From: Nemertoderma westbladi
Lineage: Eukaryota; Animalia; Xenacoelomorpha
Assembly (NCBI GenBank): GCA_032718475.1
Contig: JAUCBJ010005018.1
Coordinates: 1-64,000 of the forward strand
Reading direction: 5' to 3'
Length of the DNA: 64,000 nt
Under the pieces are notes generated by a model. It was not told the DNA's origin, made no database searches, and saw nothing but the letters and a program-made list of their open reading frames with translations. The translations under genes were made by a program, and so were the position numbers. Within the stretch, counting starts at the first letter, position 1, and each line of letters begins with the position of its first letter. Positions 1-13,179 of the stretch are shown in pieces.

Positions 1-2224
1 CGATTTTCCCCTGGAGAGAGATCAATTTTGTTTGCATCGAATAACCCCCCTATCTGAATCGACATCATAATGTCCAAACAGCAAACAATGATACAGCTAA
101 CGTACCAAATTCAACAATATAAATTATTGATTTGATTGCTCTTTACAGTTACAGAATAACTTTTCCAATTTACAGAAATTGGGTAACAGCTTTAAATCCA
201 GTTGGATTTACTGTTGGACCTACTGTCTAATGAAATACTGTACAGTCAGTCAGTATATTTCTGCTTTGGCATAAACGAACTTTTACCTCAGCAAGCTAAC
301 AACCATATGAAGCTGTCAGTTTGCCTGAAATATAAATAATATACAGCCAGCTGTGTGAGTGGAGTTAAATCTGAATCAATCATTTGTTATTTTTAAGAAG
401 ACAGTAAAGGGAAAGTGTCCTACTGGTAGACTGGTAAACATCACTCCCGCTTTTCATTTAGTATTGATTCTTCCCCCAAGTTTGTCCTTCTTCCTTCAAT
501 TGGGTTCATCAGTAAAACAGAGATCAAAGCGCCCTATCGCGAATTCATCAGATAAAAACAGTAAGTGGATCAATCGAAATTATTGTTTCTTTTCAACCGG
601 AAAGAGCTGATAGAATACTCCCTGTCACTTTGTGAAGCAACGGCCGTCTTTTCCACGGATTAATAATAATATAAGTCATGATTACAAATTTCATTGCTTT
701 ATTTCAATTGGATCAATCTTTTCTGTGAGGACTTACTGTATGCAGAATCTTGCGTTTTATTGCGAGGAACATCTCTCGTCCCACTTACTGATAGGGACCA
801 TTGTATTAATAATTCCCATGCCAGGTGGGAGAGCTTTCATGTCCATGAAATCTTCTCATGGCAACAAGGGTTCAGGATAAAGGTTCAGCCGTAGAATAAA
901 TCCACATACTTTATAGGAAAGTTCTAGGAAATTCGGATCACCCGGAATAGATTCTATATAAACAATGACTTGCTAATTAAATTCTCTCACGGCCGGATTA
1001 TGCTCTGATTATTCAGATGCTCGAGAATAAATTATGGGACCCACTTCCTACAAGTTACACAAATTTGGTTTAAACTATTTAATTCTTACCTATTTACAAA
1101 ATAGTAACATTCTCACATGATAGAAACGAAACAACATAAGTTCAACCAAAATATTAGCTACCTCAATTATTGTAGAACACGCATTAGAAATTGGATAATC
1201 TTTTAGGTTCATTAAGCCAAGAAATGCCTGTTTACCACCACCGCGGACGGGTGGTCTTCTACAGTAAACCCTTCCGACGAACTCCCATGGACAACTGAAC
1301 AAACATAATAAAAAGTGGGTGGGTTTGTGGGTGCAGGCACAGTAAGCCCTTTGATTTATCCAACTGCATTACCATAATAAACTTGCACATAAAACCGGAG
1401 CTAAACAACATATCACTTCTAAATATTCAGAATATTCTGTTTGAAGGCAACTTTTGTTAGATTTCTTGATTAGATAAATGACTCATTTCCTTTACCATGG
1501 AGATCTGCTACTTAGGAGGATGACACACCTTTTAGGTTCTTTTATTTGAACCTTAAGGGCAAGGTTGCACTATCGGGTGCCCTCTATATTCCTGCTTCGT
1601 AGGAGCAAATTTTTCCTTGGCAGGAGGCGTAATGAGGTTAATACTTTTTAGGAGTCAACAACTATCTAAGGAAGAGTAACCTGCAGTCAAACTACTTAGG
1701 GGATTTGTTATGTGATAATCACTTTTCTTCTTAGACAGCAAGGACAGAGGCTTATAATGGAAAGAAGGAATAAGGGAAAAAAAGGAATTTTAATTGTTCG
1801 TAAAAAAATGAATTAAACGACGTTGAATATTATGTTTTTCCACAACCATAACCTTGAAGGAACAAATTATATTATTAATTTTAAGGTTAAATATATTAAT
1901 TGCTACTGTCGAGTACACACGTTTGATACATTTTACTGACGAAGCGTTTTAGGGTATCACTACTATACCATTTGCTAATGATGTTGTTACACATTATATC
2001 AATGAATTGTTGCTGCACGGAAGGAATATGGGAGAGCTGCACAGTTATTTTTATTACTGTTCAGCTCGTTTGTTTGTTGGCCAAATCGAGGACTATAGGC
2101 TTTATAATATCGATAGGAAAAAGTAAAAGTGTATTACTAAAGGTAGGAGGTATAAATGCTACAGACACAATAGACATGGTTTCACACGGCTCCATCATGA
2201 GCGATAAAGCTGTGTAACATCCTT

Positions 2225-2865
2225 ATGGCTCTCGGTGGTCCTCCCTGCAGTCACGCATGGGTGCAATATTTTCACACCCACCGAGAATGGTGCCGTTCTA
2301 GAACATGTTCGCAAATGTCGCGCCTTTTATTTTAAACTGTGGTGTGGAGTAAGCAAGATCTCCTCCTCCACTGCGATACTAGACGCCGTAGACAACGTCG
2401 TCAACCCCGATTGCGACATCAGGTTGGGAGGCCTGTCCGGCTTCCGCCGCCGTGCAGCGGCGTTGCTTCTCTCCTTTGCAGCAGTCCCAACTGTTGAAAG
2501 CGGATGATGGTTGCATCTGCTTGCTGTGCAACAATCCGGCTGACACTAAATTGCACTTCAAATCTTGCCCCGGCATTCCCCCTTGCGCGACTGATCTTCG
2601 ATGCGCTCCTTTTCCTTCTCACCCTGGGTCTCCCCAAATAATTATTTTTTATCGCTGTTTGCCATATGTTAATCGCCTTATATTTTTCTGCCACTGTATA
2701 TTTAAATTATACGAATTCATTCGTAGGCTACTTACTGTATTGTATATATCCTATCTTATACTATCTTATATATACTATCTTACTCGTATGAGTGTTACCC
2801 TGTTATCTATTTGTATTATTATTTAACTATAATATTCCGTATGTTATGGGATTAAAAGAAATTCA
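2225..2865 (+). mobile_element. 3' relic of a non-LTR retrotransposon (end of RT region, C-terminal Cys/His domain and 3' UTR)
   Basis: Translates across a frameshift as LEHVRKCRAFYFKLWCGVSKISSSTAIL...GFRRRAAA...CICLLCNNPADTKLHFKSCPGIP. This matches the C-terminus of the RT-bearing relic at 45545-46635 (LDHVQKTSA*YWKLWCGLSKYASSSSIL...SYRRRSAA...CICRLCHSDSSNKDHYRSCPGIP). An AT-rich tail follows. Boundaries are approximate. Confidence 0.75.
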
Positions 2866-3114
2866 TTTTTCATAGCAATGGGGTTAGTAGAGAACCCTGT
2901 TTAACTCCTTTTGACATGGGAAGCCAATGCCGGCCAGATCTATGATATGGTCAAACTTAAGATGCTCTATGGTACACATCCCTTAAAACTACACCCATTT
3001 TTAGGGGGTCGGAGCCCCACTCTAATTAGATTATATCCAAGAATTATCCCCCATATACATGAATTCATATAACAGTCGTTCTAGAAATACTGTGACGCTG
3101 GGAATTCCTATGTA

Positions 3115-3465
3115 TAAACACAACGCTCGGTGAGCGCGCCCGTGCCAGTATCGGGACCCACATTGTGGAATAAACTACCATCTAAAATAAGTTCCGCAAC
3201 ATCTATTGAAATATTTAAGAAGAAACACAAAACTCATTTATTCGATAAAGCTTTTCCAACCCAATACTAATTAACTACATTTTTTTACTTATTTTTATTT
3301 ACTTATTTTTACCGAACAATTTTAATTTGCCTTACTTTGTTTTCGTATTTTGAATTAAGTACTTTATTTATGTCATTGTTAACTCGAAATTTGCAGCGCT
3401 TAGAGTCTAATTTTAAATTTAAGTGTTTAGCGCTATATAAATATAATTGGATTGATTGATTGAAT
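3115..3465 (+). mobile_element. 5'-truncated L2/CR1-group LINE 3' end
   Basis: Reads TLGERA/GPTLWNKLPSKISSATSIEIFKKKHKTHLFDKAF, matching the L2 ORF2 C-terminal pattern G.RAF..AP.LWN.LP..I...S...FK..LKT.LF..AF. It is followed by the typical tail AGCGCTTAGAG...AGCGCTATATAAAT and (ATTG)n. Confidence 0.8.
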
Positions 3466-5639
3466 GAATTGAGTCAATAAAACATTAGAATTATAGCGAT
3501 TTACATCTCAAAATTGACACCTTAGTATTATGATAATTTTTCAAAAATTTTGGTGAAATTTAAAACGGTTCTCAGATTTGGAATCTCAAAATTAACAATG
3601 ATGTAAATATTTGTGGAATCCTTGGACAACCAGCTTTCCACTAGAACTTACAAATCACTATAAGGTTGAAGAATAACTGCGGTGTAACTGGTGCAATTTC
3701 GCCGGAGACACTTTTTTCAAACGCCTGTAGCTAAAGAATGAAAGCGAAAACAAAAATTCTGGTTCACCCAGTCAGGAGGAGGGAGGTGAATCTGGCTCTG
3801 TTTCAAATTTCATGCAATCTCATTACGGTTTGTAAATTTTTTTTTTTTGGGGGGGGGGGGGTGGGGGGCGGCATGTATCTAAATAAAGAAACATGGTATA
3901 TAAACATGTGCTATATATATTTCAAGTATACTACCGGAAACAGTGAGTGTTGGTCGTTGGGAATTTATGCAAAGCAATGTCGAAGTTTCACTACTGTCAG
4001 CTATACGTACATTATTGACTGATTGACAAAGAATTGAGAAATTATAATCGGCATGGCCTTGTATAATTGGCGTGGCTGAGGCCATTTATGATGGGTGTGG
4101 AAATGGACTGAGTGATCCTTGAGAAAGATCAATAAGTAATTGAAATAAATATATAATTGTGATTGAGGTGGTTTAGTCGCCTCGCCCAGTTCAGTAGAAT
4201 TCCTAAGCACCTTTAATTTATTACAATGTCTTTGTTATAAAACTGATGGTATTTTGTTGCTGCCACTCATTTATACAAAGAGAGAAACTATTATTTTATT
4301 TTAATATCATTTAATTGTTTGTCGAAGCATAAAAATTCCATATCTAAAATTTAAGGTGCACGATTTAGAGTTAGGAATAGCTAATTTACAATCAAATAAA
4401 AAGAAATAAAATCAGAAACAACGCATTAGGTAAGTACTGTACATATACCGGATGTACCACGGTAATAATTACATCGCTGCTGCCTACATTTATGATCTGC
4501 CTCGACTGTATGGTGAAATCCCGTCAGACCCCACCCAAAACTCGGTCAGCCAAACACTCCAAAACCGTATTCCTTAATGTACATCTTTATTTGGATGATC
4601 TGCCATTCGAATGAGTATCCAATATAATCCCCGATAACAGCGATAAAAAAACACAACGTTGTACATCAATACTAAACTGTAAAATATTAGGTGCCATGCA
4701 CTAAATTTTATGTTGCCCCAACAACTAACATAACTTTATAGTTGCATTCCTTGAAACTACATTTATTGTATTCAACGTTCCTGAAAACACCAAAAAAGAT
4801 CAAAATGATACAGTTGCCACGATGCATCTTGCTTGGCAGAACTCAAATTTCGTAATTTGGCCAATTTAAAGTTGTTAACATATTGTAGTTCATATAACCA
4901 TGAACTTCTAGTGCTTATTACATAGTATTTATTTCGAATATCATCGTATGACAGTTAGACTAATAATATCCCACTTCATAATTATTTATGTTTGCAAGAT
5001 CACAATGAAGATGATAGAGTGAAGGCGTGATGCACAATGAATATAGTAAGCATCACAATGTTCGCCTATATACTTTGGCTAACTGCGTCAATTTACAAAC
5101 GATGTTTGTACCACGCCGATTGTTTTCACATAAGTAGTTTATGATTAATTACAACGTTTTGCTTGCCAAAATCTCAAGTTCCCGTTGAAAAGAATTCCCC
5201 ACTCATAGCCTTTACTTGTATTCGACAAATGAAGGCTGCTGTAGCATAAATTAGGATTATGTTATGTTATAAAGCACACCGCATTGAACATTAGCGGTTC
5301 ACAAGTTAATGTTTAAATGATTGATTATATTTTAAAACATTAGGTGTTGGTTAAATCGTTTTAGGTTGTTAAATATTGATAAAATATCCAGAAGATCATG
5401 TTATTATATTATAAAGGCATGATTAATTAGAGATAAATCGATAAAGTAAGTAATCTAGTTGTTCTGTTATGTAAGTTTATGTTCAAAGAATCCTCAATAA
5501 TTAGGCCTGGTTTATACGAGCAAGTAAGTTTTCATGTGGTAAGATCTTTCTATATTTCTCACATGGCAGGACAGATTTCTTGCGGGCAGCACAACATTAT
5601 TTTTACTTTTTGTTGATATGCCTATTTTTGGCCGATTGA

Positions 5640-6110
5640 ATAACTACCTATTAACATTAACACCATCAGACAATTCCATCCGCAACTTCTGGCTTCTGCA
5701 ACTGACTGAATGCCACCCCTCCAGGAAAACTTGAGGACTAGACTAAGACGCGATGCGATGACGACCAGCAGCAGGCTTGCAAAGGCAGCAGCTTGACGCA
5801 CATTCAGCAGTTCATGTTTGACTCTGATGTGTGCGCCCCACATATATGTTTATGCGGCGCCGATGTGGATTTTTCATGTCACCTTGTCTGCCATCACACA
5901 AAGAGTCGCCATGATGTCCATCATAACAATGGGAATGAGCCAATTCACTTCACCGCGTTTTCACAACAGATGGAGGAGTCCCTTCCACCCCGAAACCAAA
6001 TCAACGCAACGGCATCTCCCGGAGTGATTGGAAGCATCCAGACTGTATGACTTTATTAAATTGCTCGCCAGGTTAGCCTTGAGCTTGATGGGACTTTGCC
6101 TGGACTAAAG
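5640..6110 (+). mobile_element. Degenerate CRE-like non-LTR retrotransposon fragment (zinc-finger and restriction-like endonuclease region)
   Basis: GC-richer island. It translates as CAPHICLCGADVD..CHLVC...SRH..HN and then DWKHPDCMTL....G....WDF, resembling the CRE-clade pattern H.C.CG..VD..G.H.L.C...RH...N and DGKRPDG.TL.PW..G..L.WD. Stops and frameshifts are present. Confidence 0.6.
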
Positions 6111-6332
6111 ACAGACAGACGATCTCATACACTATACTTGCTATAACATTTCAGCCCATCCCCGTGGAGACACTTGGTGGATTCGGACTAATGACCTGGC
6201 TGCAATCAACGACGTCTCAGAGATTACCCGACCAACGAACGAATGGGATCGAAGGCTGGGAACGCGGCTTGTATCCGTGAATCCTTCGATTATACCCATC
6301 CAACCCCATATCGTGAACTGCCACAGTCATAA

Positions 6333-6420
6333 TCTATATCTAAAGCTCAAATTGTTTATGTATGTATGTATGTTTGTTTGTTCCTTTATCTCCTCCTAAA
6401 CTACTGGCTCTCGCGATATG
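6333..6420 (+). mobile_element. Probable 5' end of a non-autonomous Helitron-like element
   Basis: A|TCTATATCTAAAGCT...(TATG)n(TTTG)n...TATCTC...AACTACTGG. The TC start, tetranucleotide microsatellite and AACTACTGG motif recall the 5' ends of invertebrate non-autonomous Helitrons. The 3' end was not located. Confidence 0.45.
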
Positions 6421-7463
6421 AGGAAAATACGTCTAAATTCTAGGTAAATAAATTCTCTAAATTCTCAGTAAAGGTATGGGCGAATGTGAATTATTACTAA
6501 TTCCAGGTGAATGAATTTTAGTGATAATGTAGGCTTTCAACTGTATTACTGTACTGTTGTACTGTAGGATAATAATAATGAATGGAGAGGGACCCAACTA
6601 CTACTGGTGTCTTTGCTTGAACACAGTTAATAAAAAGCCAGCTATAATAACAAACAAACGTATTGTAGTTGGGATTGAATAAATTGGAGGTGGGTGAAGG
6701 ATAAATAATGATAAATAATCATATCTAATCATCATTTATTAAATTCGTCGATTATAAAGTAGAGCAAAATGCTTGCATTATAAGGATTTTGTATTATACG
6801 ATTTTTTGTAAAACAGATTTTGACTTTGATTAAGTTAAATTCGTTTGATACAAGTCTCCAATTCTTCGCATCAGCCCCCAGTGTTCTGTCTTTACAAAAG
6901 TTACTTCTGCTTTGTGACAAAAATGAACACGTTTCATTTCATCGTCCGATGTTTGCTAAACGAACTTCATAGAAACCCCCATCGGCAATATTGGATGAAT
7001 AGAGCAGACTGTTGAAAAGCATGCTAGTTAAATGACAGTTGACCCTTCTTCATGTTTTAGTCAACTAGCGCAGACAGGACCACCAATTAGTGTGTACAAC
7101 TTTTCCAGGGATTAGCCGTTTCCTATTAGGTTAACGGCTTTATATATTATTATTTTTCTCTAAACACAGCATTTGATTGATGTGTTGAAAATATTAAATA
7201 CCGTATTTCCAAACATAAACCTTCTATTTCTTGCTATACACATTATCTTCAAATGTATTGTATTTCTTCATTAATGAAATATTAATTAATATTCATATTT
7301 ATAAGAAGTTATTCATATTATTAATAAATATCACTAAAATATATTTACTAATTATGTAGAGTTGTTGACTAGACTTAGCATCATCCTAATCTGTGATCGT
7401 GATCTCAGCATGTTCTCTTTATCATTACTGCATTAGCCTTGTTGATTTTATTTAAACTCTATC

Positions 7464-8018
7464 ATGGATTTTTCAGCAGATAACTTTACTTTCAATGATT
7501 CTGCCCTTTATAATGGACTCAACAGTACTTCATCATACATGACAACAAAGGCAATTCTATCTACATCAACGGCCGTAACTTCTTATTGGGGGACAGTAAG
7601 CCAATGGAACAGGACTTCTACTACCGAATCTAGCAGTCATCCCCAGCTCTGTTACGATGTGGACTGCGACCTCGTACTGTGGATAATTCTCCCTAAGCGA
7701 GTTATTAGTTGTCTAGTCGGGACACTCGGTAATATATTGGTGCTTCTTGTACATCTTCTGAAGCAAAACAGGATCGCGATCGATTACTTTATGATGGCTC
7801 TCTCGCTGACCTCTGCGCTAATCTGTTGCATCGTGGAACCGCTGCTACTGAGATGGCTGTTTACGGAGCAGAAAGTTTCTTGTATCTGTGAGGACCCGGG
7901 GTTCCTCCCATACTTCTACGACGCTCTCGATATGTCCAGCCTATTGTTGTTCCTCTGCGTTGCCGGCGAGAGGTTCTGGGCAATCAGCAGACCTCTAAGG
8001 GAAAATATGAAAATGACG
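7464..8018 (+). CDS. Class A (rhodopsin-like) GPCR, coding exon 1: N-terminus, TM1-TM3, ICL2 (185 codons)
   Basis: Ser/Thr-rich N-terminus with sequons NFT, NDS, NST, NRT. TM1 GTLGNILV; TM2 IDYFMMALSLTSALICCIVEP; TM3 ends VAGERFWAISRPL (DRY-equivalent). The splice donor ACG|GTTAGT at 8018/8019 is phase 0. Confidence 0.9.
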
Positions 8019-8699
8019 GTTAGTAAAGCAAACAAATCTGCTTTTATTTATAGGGCCTACCGGTACTGTATAATACTACTATATACTGTATAATGTTTAA
8101 AATTTACTATTCGGCAAATCTATCATATTTATTCTTTTTGTTAAAGATAAATTTGAATGTGAACCAAATTGCAACTGTTTTTTACTAAGGCCATTTTGAT
8201 GTATTGATAAAGTATTGTTATTATGGTTAATGAGGTATACGGGGTTCCCATACAACCTGGTTCAGTGTGATTTAAACCGAAAATATTCCTGTCTTTTAAA
8301 TGAATTTATTTTCCAAATTGATAATTATTGTTGCCTGAAAAGTCTGTAATGATGGACCTCCTAGAATACTGAAATAGAAACCTAAACCAATACAGTCAGC
8401 ATGGTACGCCTAGCCTGTGGTTTAAACATGTTAATGGGATTGGGATATATACTTTACTCTATGAAGAAGGTGAGAGAGAGAATGTTTCCATTGATGGTAA
8501 CATTACTTTACAAATTATCAGACATTGTGGTCCTATACCACAAATTCTTCTCACCACTTCCACCACTAAATTACTACAACAGTATACACTGATGGGATCA
8601 TTGTATTTGGATGTCGGATATCCAACTCAAGCCCAGAAGTGTGGGAGTTCTTTACTTTACTGTCCGCGTCTCATATTAGCATTATATATCTATCACATT

Positions 8700-9032
8700 A
8701 TGTATATGTGTATGTGTATGAATATGTGTATGTATATGTATATGTAAAAGTAAAAAATAGTAAATTATCTTCGGCCACTAGGCCAGGGATTACGCACAAA
8801 GTCTGAAGACTTATTTCCAGTGCGGTCCCCCCAGAAATTTACACCCCAGAGGAAACTCCAGTACTCATTTAGCTACCACTTAAGATGCAAAGTAGAGAGA
8901 GATGGATGCGCCCTGGCTGGTCCCTTTAAAGCATTCGTGCCGAAACGAAAACTACCCTGGCTCATGTGAGTATCGAACCCACGACCTTCGGGAGATGTGA
9001 ATTCAATGCAACCACTACACCAAGATGGAACC
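8700..9032 (-). mobile_element. tRNA-derived SINE
   Basis: On the minus strand: A box TGGTGTAGTGG (9012-9022), B box GGTTCGATAC (8970-8979), a central TAAATGAGTAC motif reminiscent of Nin/Deu-domain SINEs, a LINE-like tail CTGGAAATAAGTC...TAATCCCTGG, and a CATA-type simple repeat at the 3' end. Confidence 0.75.
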
Positions 9033-9861
9033 TTGGAACTATGTGAAGAACTCCAATTCCTACGATTCCATATGAAAAGTAATTCCATGAAACTTTAAAT
9101 CATTATGTATTCAATCAATGATAAGAGACTGCATTGTACCGTACTATTAAATATAAATTTATAAATAAGAGTAACGTAATTAGTATGATTGACAGTAATT
9201 GGCGCTGTCAAGCGTTCAATGTATCCGCGACCATAATAAAATGTGAAAGAAACGGGGACCGCGGCCCATTGATGGTCGAGATACTGTAATCAGATTAGCC
9301 AAGCTTCACGAATGAGGGACGTATGATTGGTTTTGTGGAGAAATCTAGAACCCTAATTAGGTTGAATTAACGCCATTGCGGAACACGCATGTCCCAAATG
9401 ATTTACTGTTTCTTATAAACATTGTTAACCGCTATCAGTTATGATCACATTGGGGAACCGAGCATGACTATTTATTTTGAACCTTTGTTAGCGGTCACGT
9501 ATCTCTAGTCCTCATTAAAGATGGCGAAGTAACTAATATTTTTATCCCTGCTGTGACAAGCCATAATTATGAATGTTTTGTCAAGTAATCCGTCTGACTT
9601 TCTGTCATGAACAATAAGGCCGTAGGAAACCAAGAATCTAAGTTTCTGTGAAAATTTTGCTCGATGCAGAATTTGGCGATAGGTATTTAATGAATCCTGT
9701 CAATTTCATATCCAATGATGTCCTGCGATTGATAATTCCTGCAACAACCAAACAACACGTTCGTGGGGACTTCGCGCAGCACGAGGCCTAGTTATTATAT
9801 ACAAATTAAAATGCAGCGACTGTATCACAAAATCAGGTTTTGAGAAATTTACCCACACCAC

Positions 9862-10043
9862 CAATCAATCAAAGAAAGGTGGACAGTACGTGTTCACCCC
9901 TTTTAATCCCCCCCCCCCCCCCCCCCACCCTTCCCAACCACCAATACATAACCGCGACATCTACCACCCACGGAAGGGTAGCACGAACTTATTTCCAATC
10001 GCACGTTAAATATGCAAAGCCAGGTGGTTTATAGGAATATAAT
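9862..10043 (+). repeat. Dispersed repeat, copy 1 (contains poly-C); paralog of 11097-11810
   Basis: CCAATCAATCAAA..GGACAGTACGTGTTCA...CACCAATACATAACCGCGACATCTACCAC...AAGCCAGGTGGTTTATAGGAATATAAT occurs at both loci. Confidence 0.85.
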
Positions 10044-10315
10044 AAACGCGAGTACTCGTTTTCATTATAAGCCTCTTTGCGTTCGTCCTGTTTTGTATTT
10101 AAATATATTTCTTAAACGCAGGCTAGGACGATCTTTATAATAATAATAACTAGGGATGCGATCAATATGTGAAGCCAGGTGGTTTATATAATAATTTAGT
10201 CAACGCAGTACTCGTCTTCATTATATGCCTCGTTGCGCTCGTCGCTTGTCCTGTTTTGTCATAAAATATTTTTCCTAAACGCAGACTGACGATCTTTATA
10301 CAGTTATAACTATGC
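10008..10315 (+). repeat. Diverged tandem duplication, about 155-bp unit, 2 copies
   Basis: AATATG..AAGCCAGGTGGTTTATA...AGTACTCGT.TTCATTATA.GCCTC...TAAACGCAG.CT..GACGATCTTTATA occurs at about 10008 and about 10164. Confidence 0.75.
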
Positions 10316-10881
10316 GAAGTTTCGAAACTGTGCGAGTAACTGTTGATACATCTATGTGGAGATGTGTGATATGTGGAGATGTGTGATACAACGCCAACGC
10401 ATCTTATGCCGATGTAGTAATATGGGTATTGAAATAATATTAAATCAATGTACACTCTTAAAGCTGCAGCGAAAAAATGTAGCTAATTTCCTAGGTTACA
10501 TATAAAATAATAATATTATTTTTAAGAACATTAATTTTACTACTTTGCAAAAATTCAATTAAAAAATAACCAGACATATACATTGTGGAATAAACTATTT
10601 CAGATAAGCCTACACAACAGCCATACCATGGATGGTATTTATGTTATTATATCTGTCATTTAACTGAGATAGCAATAGTAGTAATAGTCGAACGGTTATG
10701 CGGCCCGTCCAGCCTATAATAAACACAATTCAGTGATTGGGCTGGAATAGCAATACTATGGTTGCCTCTATTACAATTCCTCTCAGGTTAGTCTACAGCC
10801 ACAACTCCCAGCAGCTAGCTCCACACCAGCAGAGACTTGACCAATAATGGGAAGGATTAAATTTGTACTCAATAATTGTGC

Positions 10882-11094
10882 GGTTTAATTACGTTTAGAT
10901 CAATTAAAGACACATTTATTAAAGCAAATCACTTAAACTAATTAAAAACTATAATAGAATGGCGTATGGGGATTATATCTGTATAATTTTTAAGTATAAT
11001 TATTTAAATCTTATACTGTAAAACAATTAATTTCCTTTAAAAGGCAGGTTGAAAATGGTGTTTTCACCGTAATCAACTTAATTAACTAATTAAC
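10882..11094 (+). repeat. About 215-bp direct repeat, truncated copy of the element at 13180-13765
   Basis: Near-identical to about 13285-13498 (TTTAGATCAATTAAAGACAC...AAAAGGCAGGTTGAAAATGGTGTTTTCACCGTAATCAACTTAATTAACTAATTAAC). Confidence 0.9.
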
Positions 11095-11150
11095 CGCCAA
11101 TCAATCAAAAAAAGAGGGACAGTACGTGTTCAGCCCTTTAAATCTGCACT

Positions 11151-11694
11151 CCCACCCCACCCCACCCCACCCCACCCCACCCCACCCCACCCCACCCCAC
11201 CCCACCCCACCCCACCCCACCCCACCCCACCCCACCCCACCCCACCCCACCCCACCCCACCCCACCCCACCCCACCCCACCCCACCCCACCCCACCCCAC
11301 CCCACCCCACCCCACCCCACCCCACCCCACCCCACCCCACCCCACCCCACCCCACCCCACCCCACCCCACCCCACCCCACCCCACCCCACCCCACCCCAC
11401 CCCACCCCACCCCACCCCACCCCACCCCACCCCACCCCACCCCACCCCACCCCACCCCACCCCACCCCACCCCACCCCACCCCACCCCACCCCACCCCAC
11501 CCCACCCCACCCCACCCCACCCCACCCCACCCCACCCCACCCCACCCCACCCCACCCCACCCCACCCCACCCCACCCCACCCCACCCCACCCCACCCCAC
11601 CCCACCCCACCCCACCCCACCCCACCCCACCCCACCCCACCCCACCCCACCCCACCCCACCCCACCCCACCCCACCCCACCCCACCCCCCCCCA
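11151..11694. repeat. Perfect (CCCCA)n microsatellite, about 107 units
   Basis: Directly visible. The minus strand is (TGGGG)n, which fits the G-quadruplex consensus. Confidence 0.98.
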
Positions 11695-12749
11695 CCTTTC
11701 CCACCCACCAATACATAACCGCGACATCTACCACTCACGGAAGGTAGCACGAACTAATTTCCAATCGCACGTTCAATATGCGAAGCCAGGTGGTTTATAG
11801 GAATATAATCTACGTAGTACTAAATACAGTCGATGCAGTAATGAATGATATTCAAATAATTTATTTAATATACTGTTAATGCCTCTGAAAACTTAGACAA
11901 TTAAAATACACAGAAATCCCATCAAAAAATAATAAGCATAATATTTTGAGAAATAAACAATTTTGGATATAAGCCTTCTGCAGTGGTAATCTTATAACGA
12001 ACCTGTCTTTAGACTGGGTAGTTTTTGTCTAAAGCTGAGGCCGGCAAAAACACGATGGATATATATATTTATATATTTACCTATATCACTATATATGTCA
12101 CTATGTATGTTCACCAAATGGCTTGAAACCACTTGCATGCATTGTAAAATTGTAAACGCAAGTATTTATTAATTGTTGTCTAGTTGTTGAATAAAAAAGT
12201 TGGGAACGATTCGAAGTGCGATATTCGAAATATTTGCATATTTTCAACATTATTGAACGCGAAATTAAATACCCACAACTCCCTTGCTTGAAATGTTTTT
12301 CAGGTGATTGATATTTAGCAATTATTATGAGGTTACTTACTACTGAAATCTGACAGAATGCCAAACGTATTATTATAGTTCTATCTCTATTCAGCCAGTT
12401 AGTGTAATGTCAAGCAGTACATCATTTATATATCGTATGTATCTATAGGGCCTAATTGTCATCGTTATAATACTGTCATCAACTTAGGCTAAGCTCAATT
12501 GGAATGCAAAGGCTTAGAAGGGTTTTGTATATCTGGGACGTTTACAACAGCTGTCGATTAAACTAACAAAACCATAAAACTGAACCAGGGTGGCTGCCAG
12601 CCGGGTACCAACGGCTGTTGGGTAGACTTAAGGGAACATTTCACAAACTTTCATAGGAGGCATGTACATGTACATTATATTGGTTGCTCCGATGTTTTTA
12701 TTAGGCTAACTGAGAATGTATCAGGTATAAATACTGTAATTATAGTGTT

Positions 12750-13040
12750 CTTTATTTTATTTATCTAATACAGAAAAGACCCCTCCGCAGAATAAACTGC
12801 ACTTTTGGGCCGTTTCTCAGGTTGCGGATATGGATACCATTTCACACATCATCGTAGTAATTGTGATTATGATTTGTTTGCCTAGGCGAATGTGTATTAC
12901 ATTAGATGGGAGGCAGTTTTTTGGTTGATGCAAGTCATTCTTGGTTTGCATCTTCCAATCCCATCTGTTTCTTGGAGTCTGTGTAAGACAGGTTCGTTTA
13001 AAGCCATCTTGATGGCGTTCTAGTTGACTGACAATCATTA
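12750..13040 (-). mobile_element. Possible decayed LINE 3' end
   Basis: The minus strand ends GAGAAACGGCCCAAAAGTGCAGTTT...GGGGTCTTTTCTG...AAATAAAATAAAG, a LINE-tail-like structure. There is a weak N.LPS.V motif upstream. Confidence 0.3.
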
Positions 13041-13179
13041 AATGAGATCTGTCTATTACCTGAGACTAAAGAACACAGACTCTATAGTGTAATAGGAGGT
13101 AGGGAATGCAGGTTTCAATCTCGTTAGGTCTAGCTGGCAGCCGTGTGGCTAGTTACATACAACCCCCCTCCACTGGCAT

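Noticed and set aside
359-1302. Short ORFs and possibly decayed coding-like sequence near the window start
   Set aside because: No recognisable motif, and multiple stops in the frames I translated.
7330-7360. Possible splice acceptor (ATTATGTAG) for an upstream non-coding GPCR exon
   Set aside because: Plausible, but the pyrimidine tract is weak and it cannot be supported without transcripts.
8019-8093. Last 24 codons of the 209-aa ORF as a true C-terminus (stand-alone 3-TM protein)
   Set aside because: Readthrough into AT-rich intron sequence past a good donor site; TM4-7 are found at 48086.
8955-9032. tRNA gene on the minus strand
   Set aside because: A and B boxes are present, but I could not fold a convincing cloverleaf and it continues into a SINE body and tail.
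11101-11800. GGVGW/PTPPH repeat ORFs of about 200 aa
   Set aside because: Translations of the stop-free (CCCCA)n microsatellite.
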